Source: Podarcis vaucheri
Lineage: Eukaryota
Assembly (NCBI GenBank): GCA_965113315.1
Contig: OZ220372.1
Strand: one strand, 5' to 3'
DNA: 64,000 nucleotides
In this document: piece after piece, positions 23,483 to 36,256 of the stretch
Numbering within the stretch: the stretch's first letter is position 1
How the letters are laid out: the number at the start of each line of letters is the position of its first letter
The notes under the pieces: model-generated
Databases searched by the model: none
Seen by the model: only the letters and a program-made list of their open reading frames with translations
What the model was told of the DNA's origin: nothing
Made by a program: the position numbers and the translations under genes

Positions 23483-25464
23483 GCTATTTTTCTTGAAAAA
23501 GAGGTTCACTATGAAAACCTCCCTCGTTCTCTTAAAATGGCAATGGCACCCACCTTAGAGGTGCCAGAACTGAGTTCCCTGCATTTTCCCCAGAAAAAGC
23601 AACCTCTTGATTAAGTGAGGTGGAGGTCGAATTGGGCTGGCATTTTGATGCCTTGACATCTTATGGATGCTGTGAAAAGCATGCATACCCAGGGCACACC
23701 CATCCATAATCAACTCCTATCTGAAAGCACCCTGAATAGGATAAGAATGTATGGTTACTTGATTTGGCTCATAAGGTGAGGAATGGCTGCAAGGCAAAAG
23801 AGAAGGTTCTTTCTGAATCTTTGGGCAAGATTTCCTGAAAGGGCAAACTGCATCTTTCCAGTCTGTCCATAGCTGAAACTCATCAATGACACGGTTGATT
23901 TCACATGAATTTAAAGGATCAGAAATAACTTTTCTCAATGAAAATGCGGGTTTAAATAAATGTAGCAGCAGATCACCATAAAGAAATAAAGAAAACATAG
24001 GGATATTTAATGCAAATATACTGCTTTAAATAAACTCTCCTCACCTCCCAAGAATTATCTTTTAGTAACTTGTACTTTGGAATATCATTTCCCATAATGA
24101 AAAAAGCTGCAGTGTGCATAATGCAAAATAGTCTGATATTCCTATGATACACAGAGAGATATAAACTAGGGTAAACCAAGTTCAAATCAAATGTACATGT
24201 GTTTCATGACTATTCATGAAATATTTCATGGAGTAAAGATGTATTTTGTGTTCAGCTGCTTCATGTAGAGTTCAAAACTCTATGATACATGGTTCAAGAC
24301 TAGAGCAAAAGTATTCCCAATCTCATTTAAAATGCTTATGCCTTAAACCTTTGTATCTTTATGTGGATGTAGTGAAGTAGCAACCCAGAATCCAGTGCAG
24401 TTACAGTGAAGGAATTCTTTTTTTAAATCAGTGAGGTTTAAAGTTAAACAGCACTTCAATTTTTGTGTCATGCTGAACCCAATGAATCTTACTTTCAAAA
24501 ACAGTGTTTAGGGGAGCACCTAACAGCTCTCTCCCTTTTTAAAATCAGTTTTTATCTCCCTTTTTATCAGTATATTGCATTTTCCTACCAAAAGAAATGT
24601 TAAAAGTACATAAACCATTGTTTAAGGGCTTTACAGATATTGGGTACTATAATAGCCCAGTTGATAACATGGATACTTTGATATAAACTGTTCTCATCCC
24701 AGTGTCAGAAACAGAGCTTTCTCAACTTTTTAATTTTTTAAAATAAATTCTCTGTTACCAGTTGTGCTGTTAAGTGTTAAGAAAGTTGTTGTAGAAAAGT
24801 GGCATTTAGATCTACTTAAAACAGCAGGAGCTGTTTTCTTCAATGGCACAGCACTTCTCTTTTGCAAATGTTCTATTGCAATCCGCTGTTATTATAAAGC
24901 CAAGGGAACACTTATGCAAATATTCCATATTTCCATTTGAGAACATTGCTTTCCTTGTACTTGATCATCTCAAGCATAATCTAGTGATAAGTACTTTTAA
25001 ATCCCACTGGATTCCAATGGGAAGTGCAAGCACTTGCCAGAAAGCTTTCATTAAAACCAGTGCAGTGCCTTAAGTTTGACAGAATCATACCAGTGATATC
25101 CATAGACAGTCCATAGAACATTGAATGATTGCCATAGAACTCACTGAGCTTTTAATCTGAATACTCAGATTTACATATTTATAGTTAGAACTGGACAACA
25201 AATAAAGTGGAACACAGCAGGGTAGCAAATACTACTACCATTCATCTCTTTAACCCTTAGGACATGATATGTCAAGTATGACATGAGGTTGAAGGTGACT
25301 CTAAGTTTCAAAATCTGATTGTGATTTCATGGAATTAAAACAGGATGCTTTTCATACAGATTATAGTAGCAGTTCTCAAGTGTAACTATCATTTTCAGTT
25401 GTCATTAGCATCATTATTCTAATGTGCACATCTCTGAGTTGTTTTCACTTATTCTGGAGATATA

Positions 25465-25690
25465 CAGTGGTATCTCAGGTTACATACGCTTCAGGTTACA
25501 GCCTCCGCTAGCCCAGAAATATTACCTTGGGTTAAGAACTTTGCTTCAGGATGAGAACAGAAATTGCGCGGCGGTGGCACGGCAGCAGCAGGAGGCCCCA
25601 TTAGCTAAAGTGGTGCTTCAGGTTAAGAACAGTTTCAGGTTAAGAATGGACCTCCAGAACGGATTAAGTACGTAACCAGAGGTACCACTG
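25465..25690. mobile_element. Tigger-like MITE, family A (NTS intron 1)
   Basis: TA|CAGTGGTATCTC...GAGGTACCACTG|TA. Confidence 0.85.
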
Positions 25691-25843
25691 TATGCGCATA
25701 GTATTACTTTTGCCTAGATAGATATTTTCCCAGATCTTCCACAGTTCACCCATATTTTTTTTTGAAGGATTGTTTTTCCTTACAGGAAGATGCACACTAA
25801 TACGATTTCTTAAATTCACTCACATGCCTATATACCCACATGT

Positions 25844-26096
25844 GAGAGCCAGTGGGGTGTAGTGGTTAAGAGTGGTAGACTTGTAATCTGGTGAACTGGG
25901 TTCGCTTCCCCGCTCCTCCACATGCAGCTGCTGTGTGACCTTGGGCTAGTCACATTTCTCTGAAGTCTCTCAGCCTCACACACCTCACAGAGTGTTTGTT
26001 GTGGGGGAGGAAGGGAAAGGAGATTGTTAGCCGCTTTGAGACTCCTTAGGTTGATGATAAAGCAGGATATCAAATCCAAACTCCTCCTCCTCCTCC
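25844..26096 (+). mobile_element. tRNA/CORE-type squamate SINE (Squam3-like)
   Basis: A box GTGTAGTGGTTAAGAG, B box GGGTTCGCTTCCCC, core TGTGACCTTGGGCTAGTCAC and a simple-repeat tail. Confidence 0.7.
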
Positions 26097-27460
26097 CTAC
26101 CCCAATGTTCTTTGTTATTATACACCAAGTTGTCCAGATTCCTTCACTACAAAGAACTGCCTACTTTGGGCAGCATTCTTTCAGCAATATCGTTTCTCAT
26201 ATGATTTGTATTGCAATCTAGCTCCATTAGAGATGATGAAAAAAATGTTGATTTTAAGCAGATGTGGCTTGCACCTATAAGTTGGCATCTGTCTGCCACT
26301 TATAATTTATACCATAGACCTATTAATAACACTATGCTGAAGATACTGTGTTCATTGTGTGAACTTAATACTGTAATAGATATGATCAACAGATTATTCT
26401 GTTTAAATTTTACTAGGTTAAATCACTATAAGTATTATTGGGTGGTTCCAACCAAGTCATTAGTTTTAATAAGTCCATTTCATTGTTGTTGTCAGCTACT
26501 GGTGCCCTTGGAAAAACCCTGTGGCAACATAATACCCCTTAAGTAGCTACATACATGTTTGTATATCTTGGCCCCCAATCCTAGTTATGACTTAAAACAG
26601 TTAATGATTAAATTTTATTGCTATCAATGGCACAGTGATCTTGATCTTATTCATATTTATTTAGAGAGAAGTCCCAGTACTTTCAATGAAACTCAATCTC
26701 AATAATTGTGCATAGGGTTGCAGCCTTAGCCACAGCAAACCACAGCTGCATTGGGGCCAAATGAACTTAGTTGCTCTTCTCCTTCCTCTCTTGGAATGCA
26801 ATAAATTTTCCCCTGCAATTCAGTGTTGAAATAAATTACTTCTTATTCATGGATCGGTCCTCCAGACTTATCCTTCCCTTGGGGAAAAAGGGAGGAAAGA
26901 ACTTCAAGACTTGCTAGCATGCTAGTATAGCAGTCACCTATTTTAGCAGAAAACTCTAAACCCCATTGGAACCATAAATCTCTTACTGTTCTAGTCACGT
27001 GGATCCATACATACAAACTCACTGAATATGGAATGTTTATTGTGAAAAGTGTCCTTTCTGCCAAAAAAAGGTTCAACGCTATTTGACCTCTTGGATTTAA
27101 ATATTTTCAGGATGTGCCTCTGGGTAAATGTAGTAGGAACTTAAAATAATTAAGTCATTAAACCTACCCCCCATCCCAAAGAATCAATGGGTTCTGAGCT
27201 CTAAAATGGTGGTGGAGCCCTAAAAAGTTGCAGTGGACCAATAATAAGCTGCTTTCATGACTGAGCTGCACTTTTCCAGAGAGAGACTACATAAATCAGG
27301 GAATGTGTATTAAAGAACAAACCACTTGCCAAGCATTTATTTTAGCCAGTGCTTAACCCTAAAATCCCTTTAAAGGATATTCCTAAATCCTATGTGTTGA
27401 AACTGAAATGCTAGTGATTTATAATGAAATAGCAAACATATGTTTCTGATTAACTCACAG

Positions 27461-27522
27461 ATTCAGAAGAGGAAATGAAAGCCTTAGAAGCTGATTTATT
27501 GACCAATATGTATACATCAAAG
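27461..27522 (+). CDS. NTS: NTS exon 2
   Basis: cacag|AT TCA GAA GAG ... TCA AAG|gtaat = (D)SEEEMKALEADLLTNMYTSK. 62 nt, phase-compatible with exons 1 and 3. Confidence 0.96.
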
Positions 27523-28432
27523 GTAATGTTTTTCCCCTTTTTGCCACAGAATGCATGAATTCTCAAACATATTTGTTTTAGCATACAATCATAAAACCAC
27601 AGTTTTACAATATTCTATACAAGGTATTGTGCAAAAATTCTCTTCAATTTCAAAGACAGTAGAAAACCAAAATGTATGGGTGAAGGGATAGTGAAAAATT
27701 GATGTTTTCTCAGCTGAACTGTTGATACATGTACTGAACAGCCAGCATGGAATTATGGCCTGAGATACATTTATTTGAGGAAGATATATTCCTGGGCAGA
27801 ATATACCTGATGAAAGTTAAGGTAACATAAAATCAAATAATCATGTAACTTTTGAAAAGGTGTGCAATTAGCATATCAAGCCAGTGAAAATCCATCCCAA
27901 GAACTGCTAGTTTTATCCATTTTTAGTGAACCACAAATTGACAGAAAAATTACTTCCATGGCATGAAATCAGTGAATGATGGTTCCTTCATTTTGAGGAT
28001 ATTGTATCCTTCATGTTTGGTCTCAAATGGATGGCCTCAGGATCCCACAGGTGACATATCAAAATGTGGAACATATGGTTTGACAGGCAGGTAGCCAAAG
28101 AAAGGGTACCCAAGTAATATCTCCTTAACGTAAGTGAATAGTTAATGCTTTGCCATCGAAAGATTTATTGCACAGGTTAAAAGCAGGATCTTTGAGACAC
28201 AAATGGTTATCCCCCCACTCCAAAAGAAAACTTAATCAAAATTTTAATCTAAATTTTGGCAAGCTATAGTCAGTATTACCATTTTCCAAGTCTTTCACCT
28301 GAAATCCATATGATCAGGACCTTTGTCTTTGCTGGATCAGATGATTGCAGTCTTGTGGCCTTGGCAGAAATAGCATTTGTGCTGCTATTACTAATTGCTC
28401 TAAAAGGGTTCTCTAATATAATTGGGGGGGAG

Positions 28433-28434
<2 letters not shown>

Positions 28435-28506
<72 letters not shown>
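28435..28506. repeat. (CT)n(CA)n microsatellite; other CA/GT tracts near 19556, 21708, 23446 and 48071
   Basis: Direct reading. Confidence 0.95.
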
Positions 28507-28509
<3 letters not shown>

Positions 28510-30379
28510 CCACAGGGTTGTGTTTTGTTAGGATGATGCCTCAACAAAATACTTTTTCTTTGTTAAACTGGGTGATACCTTGCAGAAAAATTTAGACTAA
28601 TCCTTACTGGCATCAAAAGGCAATATACACTCTCACCTATGGCTAAGAGAGTCTTCACACTGAAGTGAAGCATAGAAGATGGGAGCCTGTGGTCCTCCAA
28701 ATGTTTTTAGACTAGAACTCCCATCATGTCTTATTATTGGTGATGTTGGTTGTGATTGACATTAGTTGGAGGCCACAGGCTCCCCAGCTCAGTTATACAT
28801 GGTTGCAGAGGCATTAGCAGCTGCCCTAAATTGCCAGGAAAAAGTATAAAACAGAAAGAAAACATGAATATTTATATATGGGGAAGGGGAGACAACCAAA
28901 GAACCTTTCTGACACAAAAATGAGCAAATTGGCTTCAATAAAAAGAGATGCAAATGCAAACTGAAGTTGTGTGGACCCATAAAGACAAGCAGATTTATTG
29001 TGGCATAAACTTCCATGGGCGGCTCTAGTCATTAAGCCAAGTCTTCAAGGTGACTCATGACTTTTTGTCTGCGTTTGCTACAGCAGACTAACTCAGCTAA
29101 CCCCCTTTCGGATTTATAACAAAGGGAATTGCTGGCACGTTTTAATTTAGATATTTGAAAGTGGAATGACAAATACATCATTACTTCTGATGTACATGCT
29201 TTTTCCTTCCCTGGGCCACCACCGCCTACTGTCACCTCAAACAGGTTTTTGAAGGCCAAATTCTCCAAAGCCTGTTGAACATAAATGATTGTGGGCTGAA
29301 CTCTGGCACTCTGGCAACTATGGATCTAACAATCTACCAACAGCTATCTGAAATAGCAATCATCTAATTCCCCACCCTCTTTTACTCTGATAAAATACAT
29401 GGATAGCACATCGGTAAAGCATACCAGAGGATGGCATTAATGAGATAAACCTTTTCTTCTGGTTTGTGTGATATCCTTTGGGATGAATTATCATGGCTAG
29501 GTTCACAACCCATCCAATGGCCTCAAACTGAACAGCATAAAGGGATGAAGAGAAATAAACATGAAAGAAAACTGAGTGCTACAACTGAGCGACAAAGTAT
29601 CCAACTGCCATGCTGCCTCAATTTTGAACATTTTAAAAAAATAATTCAGAAATCTTAAATTTATTTCTGGCAGGGTGCATGCACTTTCGTGAATGCTTTA
29701 TTTCTTTTTCTTTTTTCCTCTTTTTTAAATTAGTGTTCTCCTGTGATGAAACAATTCCCTGGACAGGGTTTTTCTCTTGTTTTGAAAGCCAGATCTCTTG
29801 CATGCATCATTCAGCAAATTGCTCCACAACTCTTGAAAACTTCACACCCTGATTCTCTTTAGGGCTTCTTCAGATGATGTGTTTATTGAGCCTTCATCCC
29901 AGTTTGCTAGTGCAAAGCATATGCAGAGGTTAAATTATGGTCTCCCATTCAGAGCTTTCATCCTGCTTTGTGTGTGGGGTGTTCATATGTCATTTCATTA
30001 CTCATTAATTCATCACACACTGTCCAGTGCAATTCATTTTTGCTCTTCTAACTTCAAAAAGTGGTTTGGTTATTATTAATATTTTTAAAAAAGGTTTTGT
30101 TGAGCAACATAGCCCATTCAATCCACTTCAATTGAGGAAGCCTAAATCTCTGAATCCTTCCCACAAAATAGTTACTTTCTGGAGGCACCATTATTTTTCA
30201 TTCATTCATTTTCATGGGGAGCCTGCTTGTCCCTCCAGATGTTGTTGGGCTCCAACTCCTATCAGCCATAGAAAGAAGGTCGAAGGATCAAGGACAATAG
30301 GAGTTCTAGACCAGTAATCTGGAGGGCAATAAACCCATAAGAATAGCCTGCTGGAGCAAGACAATGATCCTGCAAGGCC

Positions 30380-31162
30380 TCTCCTCTTCCCAGAGGGGAG
30401 GGGTTGTGAGTGGGAGCAGCTTCCTGCAGCAGCAGGGAGGCGTATTTGGTTCCCTGTTTCTGATGTGCCCTGCTGCCGCGACAAAGCCCTTCAGCCGGCC
30501 AATAGGGCTGGCTGGTGGGTGGGGTTAGCTGCATTTAAGCAGCCGTGGCAGCACTCTGTCCCCAGTCTATTCCTGCTTGCATCTCCCGCCCTCTTTCCCT
30601 TTAGATCAGTTTCCTCTGTGTATTGACCTTGCTATGGACTTCGGTTGGTTGCCTTGGTTGCCCAAAGGACCTGGTAGGACTTTTTTATCCATTTAGCAAA
30701 TTGGCACCAGCCTCTTGGTTTTTTCGCCTACCTCATAGCAACTTGTCACAACTTTCTGGTATTTGTGGTTAGGCATTGGAATATGTGTGTATTGTGTTGG
30801 AGGATTGGGCATGCCCATCATCTACCCCTCCTCTTTTGGGTATTCCATTAAAGGAATCCGGCAGTCGTGGATCCTGTCAGATGCCCTGCTGGTGGCTAGG
30901 GCCATGGCACAACCCCCGGTGACATCATGGGGAAGCTTCCAGTTGTATTTGCATCAACAAGCTCCTCCCACTGGTTGTTAACCCTGAAATGACTCCCTGC
31001 TGAGCGGGGTGGAGTCATGTATTGCTGTTTTATCCAATGCCTAAGCCAATACTACTCACATGATGTAACCAATGTGGCCTTATTTTGCCCATTAACCAAA
31101 AATAATGTGTCTTTGTTTCTTATTATAATCCTATGCGGGTGGCAGGTCTTCGACTCACAACC
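30380..31162 (+). mobile_element. LTR-like or DIRS/Ngaro-like terminal-repeat remnant inserted into a CR1 fragment
   Basis: Bounded by the inverted GGTTGTGAGT / ACTCACAACC. Contains CCAAT and TTTAAG boxes. The GCCTAAGCCAA...TGTGGCC motif is shared with 38720-38780 (minus). Confidence 0.45.
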
Positions 31163-31640
31163 TGTCCTCGCAGTGGCCAGCCAGCTGCCTGTGGGAAACC
31201 AGTGAGCAAAATAAGACCACAGAAGCATGCTCCTGCCCCATGGTTTCCAGCAACTGGTATCTGGAAGCATTGTTGCTGCCAGCTGTGGAGGTAGAGCATG
31301 CAAGCATGGCTAGTAGCCACTGATAGTCCACGAATTTGTCTCGTTCTCTTTTAATGCCATCAAAGTTGGTGGCCATTGCTGCCTTCTAGGGGAGTGAGTT
31401 CAATAACTTGACTAGGCGCTGCATGAAGATGTAGTTGCTTTTATTTCTCCTGAATTTTCTAACATTCAACTTCGTTGGATTTCCACACATTCTAGTGTTA
31501 CGGAAGAGGGACAAAAGCTTTCCTCTAGTCACTTTCTCCATACCAAGCATAATTTTATAAACTTCGTTCATGTTGCCTCTTGCTTGCTTTTTTCTCTGAA
31601 CTAAAAAGTCACAAATGCTGCAGTCTTTCTTCCCCTTTGG
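31160..31640 (-). mobile_element. CR1 LINE 3' fragment; related tails near 7965, 14100, 21600, 21800, 42895, 45715, 48470 and 59345
   Basis: ORF 31386-31571 EVYKIMLGMEKV...TRMCGNPTKL...QRLVKLLNSLP matches the CR1 ORF2 C-terminus. Confidence 0.75.
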
Positions 31641-32484
31641 TTACCATTTTGGTTACCCATCCTTGCTTTGTATCATCAAAGTCAGCAGCTGTTGCCTTAA
31701 GAGTGCTTACCTGAGGATTCAGGGTTGTATCCAGCTAAGCAGATACAGCAAGCCCACTGGAAGTAATGAATCCATTATCATTATCATCATATCCAATAAC
31801 TTCAATCTGTCAGTTCTGCATGGAACAAGCACTGGATACAAACCCCCTGCAAAACAGAGATATATATGAGTACCTTAATAATTGTTCATGTTCATGCTCA
31901 ATAAAAAAATATCATTTAGATGAAATCCTAAACATCTTTCAGAAGACCAGGCTTTGCCACTTTTTTGTTTTGTTTCCTGGAACCATCTGTTATTGCATCC
32001 CGGTAATTAAGTTGTCAAACGATCCTGCAAGGCTTGGACAGGTTCAGTTCCAAAGTAACCTTGCTTCAAAATGTCTTTCTTAATTAATTAAAATTGTCAC
32101 TTCATGGGTAAAAGAAATTCAGGGAGGTCTTGACTGCAATTTCAAAACAAAACTTTGATAAATTTAATATTGGTGGGATGAAAAGGCTCAGTTTGTAGGA
32201 TGTGTAGATCACAGAGTGGGTGCAGTCAGGCTGTCAGAAGCCATGGATCATTTTAGAGGGGATCATTGTCTTAAAAGAGGCACTACTGGATCTTAGAAAG
32301 AATCCTGAATATGTGGATTTAATCACATAATGTATTTCAGTTTTCCATTGTGGATATTGTGATGACAAAAATAATAGATTAAATAAACATAAGCTTTTTG
32401 TGATACTATATAGAAAACACACTCATTTATGTCTGCTAGCAAGTTTCAATCCTTCATCCTACAAATGAAGGGACAAAGGAAGAT

Positions 32485-32610
32485 ATGGGAAACCTGTGGT
32501 CCTCTAGAAGTTGTTGGATTCCAACTTCCGTCAGTCCTGGCCACCATGGCCCAAGGTCAGGGATAATGAGAGCTTAGCAGCATCCAGAGGGCCACATATA
32601 CACCATCCCT
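32485..32610. mobile_element. Short hAT-type MITE; copies near 28675, 30215, 37820, 46230 and 57120
   Basis: Palindromic GGGAAACCTGTGGTCCTCTAGA...CATCCAGAGGGCCACA pattern recurring in the window. Confidence 0.55.
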
Positions 32611-33946
32611 AATTTATATGTACAAAGAAAAGAAATTCTGAATGTTAGAAGGAAGCTTTCCACTTTGAAAAATCTCTTAAGGCTCTCTTGAATTGTCACT
32701 TATCCAACAGCACAGATGTAACAAGGTTTATTTTAACTGGCAAAATAGCAGAAGTCTGGGGAAATGTTTTGCATTTGGAGCCAACAATTCAGTGTCTGTA
32801 CATCCATGGTGGAAAATTGCTCGATAGAATGAAAGTACTCTAGAGAGAGAATTGTATCTTTTTTCAAACTAATTAACAAAATTAGTTACAAAGTGTTAAT
32901 GAGCCGACAAAAAAACCTTCCCACTGTAGTAAAAGTGAAGTGTTTTGATGTTAACACACTTTCCTCATTTGCATTCTTAAATGCAAGGAACATTGTTTAG
33001 GTAAGCAGTGAAGGTGAGACTGACTAAAACAGAAAATCTGGTGATCCGTAATCGAAATGTCATGCCCAAAGCGGAAGAGGTGGCTCATGTGTGAGTGATG
33101 GAACTTAGAAGTTCTCCAGATAAAATGCATCCAGTATTAAAACAGCCAAAGTTTACTTGAGTTACTTAAGGGATTCATCTCTATTTACAAAGCACAAAGA
33201 CTTTGTAAATAATGTCCAAACCAACCTTAGAGCTATCAGGATCCAGGTAACATTTTTAAGAAGCATCAGTGGAAATATAGATATTCAAGATATGATTAAA
33301 AGTTAAGGACACTGGATTGTAACCATTTCATTTCTACTCAAATTACACCTATGAAAATCTATATCCATTCACTTCAATAGGTTGACTCTGAGTATGACTG
33401 GCATTGAATACAACCATAAGCTCAGATCACTCAAAGACTGAGCAATGACAGTTGGGAGTGGACAGGCCTAGGAGGTAGATATTTGATTAACTGCCCATGA
33501 CTGGGTTGGGAAGATGAACCCTATAATTTTTGTTCATGTATGCTATCACTAGCATGCCATCATTTTGGCCCAGATGGTGAGCTTAACAAGCTGCCAGAAT
33601 CTAGAGCTTTGTGAGTATCACTGTGACTCTCAGAATCAAGGGAAATGAAATTCTGATATGCTGAGAAGCATCTCTAACCTTGTGTCAGCTTGCAGCCTGA
33701 ATGACAGCTGCTGAATCTGCGCTATATAGGCAGGGTGGATGGCAGGACAGAATAGCAGACAAAACCTAATCCTCACAGTTAAACCTTCAGCCTCCTGTGA
33801 CATATGAAGCACTTCTTAGCATACAGGAACAACAGCTATATGGAAGCCTGAGAGCACATTCAAAAACATTATTCTGTTATTCAAGTGGCACTATCTACTG
33901 ATAACAGGCAAGAACATCTGACATGCTGTGTCTGTTGATCTTTCAG

Positions 33947-34171
33947 ATAAACAAGGCAAAGCCTCCTCAGTGGAAAATGACCCTTCTAAATATCTGTGAC
34001 CTCATCAGCAACATAAACAACCAGGAAGAGGATGTGGGTGATGTTGAAGAAGAAGACCTCCTGTCAAGAAGACAGTTTCCCTCTACCCTTGATGGCTCTA
34101 GTTTGGAAGCATTGTTGACGTTGTACCAGCTTCAGAAAGTCTGCCACAGCAGAACCTTTCAGCACTGGGAG
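33947..34171 (+). CDS. NTS: NTS exon 3
   Basis: tttcag|INKAKPPQWKMTLLNICDLISNINNQ...LEALLTLYQLQKVCHSRTFQHWE|gtaagt. 225 nt, phase 0. Confidence 0.96.
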
Positions 34172-34279
34172 GTAAGTCAAATCATGCTGGGAACCCAAGT
34201 TTTGCTTTACTTTGATCATATTACTATGAAAAAAATTTTTTTATTCATACAGTGCACAGATGAAATCATTTGTGTGTTT

Positions 34280-34755
34280 TTTAATGTTAAACAACAACTG
34301 ATGAACTCCTTTTACCGGTCCACAATAGAAAGTGTCATTTCATATTGTATCACAGTGTGGTATGCTGGCCTGACAGCCACAGACAGAAAGTCTTTACAGA
34401 GGGTGGTGAATAAAGCACATGGTATCATGGGCTGTCCCCTGAGTCCGCTAGATGACATTGCAAGGGATTGTTGCCTTAGGAGAGTGAGAAAAATTCTCAG
34501 GGATGACTCACACCCCAGCCATCACCTCTTTAATCTTCTACCCTTGGGCAGGAGATATAGAAGTATAATCAGTCGTACCAACAGGCTAAAAAATAGCTTC
34601 TATCTGTGGACTGTTAGGCTGTTGAACGAAAAATAACATAGTGAAATTGACTAGCGAGGTGGTGTGTTGTTCAATAAGAGATTGAATGTTTTGTGGGGAA
34701 GGCTCGGTTAATTTCATTGTACACAGGCTGTACAATGACAATAAAGGTATTATTA
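34280..34755 (+). mobile_element. Rex1/Babar LINE 3' end (C-terminal ORF, 3' stem-loop and tail)
   Basis: FYRSTIESVISYCITVWY...LQRVVNKA...SHPSHHLFNLLPLGRRYRS...RLKNSFY is a typical Rex/Babar C-terminus. Hairpin TCATTGTACA-caggc-TGTACAATGA is followed by CAATAAAG and (TAT)n. Confidence 0.85.
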
Positions 34756-34759
34756 TGGT

Positions 34760-34829
34760 GTTTCCTGCTTGGCAGGGGGTTGGACTCGATGGCCCTTGTG
34801 GTCTGTTCCAACTCTATGATTCTATGATT
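34760..34829 (+). mobile_element. CR1 3' tail
   Basis: GGGGGTTGGACTCGATGG...TTCCAACTCTATGATTCTATGATT. Confidence 0.7.
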
Positions 34830-35665
34830 ATTCTTTTCCAGTTAGCAAGGTATTGAATGAAGACCGCCCATAGTTTAACAGGTCTTCAGGCTGGTATTTT
34901 TATTCCTTGATTAGGAATGTCATAGATTTATTCCTAAATGATGAAGGAAATTGTATTGGACCCAGTCTTGCCCTTAAACCTCAGAGTCTGACTTCTGAAG
35001 CACAGTATGCTAAGTAATACTTTAAATGACAAAGCATTAAAAAAGTACAAAGTCCCATCTCCTTGACTACTGCAAATCCCCAACTAGTTCCCATACATCT
35101 AGAAATAGATGGAAAGAGTTCAAAAGGAGAGGGAGTGCAGGTAACATCCAGTCAGTCTTTATTTCTGCACGCAATACTTTTCTGATCCTTAGGACACGAA
35201 GGGTATTATTTTATTATTATTCATTTCACTTCTATACAGCTTTCTATTTTTAAGGGGGGAGGGAATCTCAAAGCAGTTTACAAGACATTAAAACATCAAA
35301 TAAAACAATCCAGAATAAAACATTCAAATATTGGAAGTAAGTCAAATATAAATTATACATTTGAAACAAGACAATTAACAGGAAACTAAAATATTTTCTT
35401 AAATATTTCAAATGATTTCTCCAGTTGGAGTTGGGGGGGGGATCCCTATTGGGTAATGGGAGTTGTTGGGGAAAGCTGGTGTAATTGTTTACTCATGTTG
35501 ACAATTCTATAGTAATTGATTAGCTCATATTACACGGTATTAACTTTAGGCAGCATAGATGATAGATGATAGATAGATGATAGATAGATATGATTCAGAT
35601 GTGCTCCTCTCACCAAAAATCCATAGGAAAACAATGATTCCATATTATCTTGTTATTACCAACAG

Positions 35666-35812
35666 TTACTTCAGCAAGATGTTTATGACCCTGAAAATGC
35701 AAGCCAAGATAAAGATCTGATGAAGAGGAAAACTCCTTACATTCTGAAACGGCAACTGCACGTCAACAAAGCCCGACGACCATACATACTGAAGAGGAGT
35801 TCATATTACTGA
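35666..35812 (+). CDS. NTS: NTS exon 4, encoding neuromedin N (KTPYIL, 35729-35746) and neurotensin (QLHVNKARRPYIL, 35753-35791)
   Basis: aacag|LLQQDVYDPENASQDKDLM-KR-KTPYIL-KR-QLHVNKARRPYIL-KR-SSYY*. Both peptides are flanked by dibasic convertase sites. Confidence 0.97.
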   Translation, partial: LLQQDVYDPENASQDKDLMKRKTPYILKRQLHVNKARRPYILKRSSYY

Positions 35813-35997
35813 CTCAGCAGTTAAAGTAGTGTTTATTTAGTTTCTAAGTAACTGTGCTTTATGGTTACCTTATTTCAACCTTAAATCTTATTTGTGTGGA
35901 AAATAGATTATGGAAAGTGACTGTGTCTTTCTTGCCACTGTTGTTTCTTGGTTGTGATTTTTTCCTACTTAAAATTCATTGGAATAATACATTTGAA

Positions 35998-36256
35998 AAT
36001 AAATCTAGTTTCTAAGCATTATGCATTGTACACCACTGAGAATTTTGAAGAGTTGGCAACATTGTTTACTCTGTGATACACAATCCTTTCAGCAAGTAGA
36101 AGAGCATAGTTGTATAAAGCCTTTCAAGGATATTTCATAATTCAAGCCATGTTGAATTATCCATAGTTATTACACAAGTAAATTGCAATATAAAACATTT
36201 TGACATTCATGATGATGAGTTATTCCATCAGTTACTATAGAATGCTTATTAATAAA
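35998..36256 (+). terminator. Candidate NTS polyadenylation signals (AATAAA at 35998-36003 and 36251-36256)
   Basis: Two AATAAA hexamers downstream of the stop codon. Mammalian NTS is known to use two poly(A) sites. Confidence 0.55.

Noticed and set aside
33923-34636. 237-aa ORF as a stand-alone gene
   Set aside because: It is NTS exon 3 plus intron plus a Rex LINE fragment, and its ATG lies in intron 2. Kept only as a possible alternative isoform.
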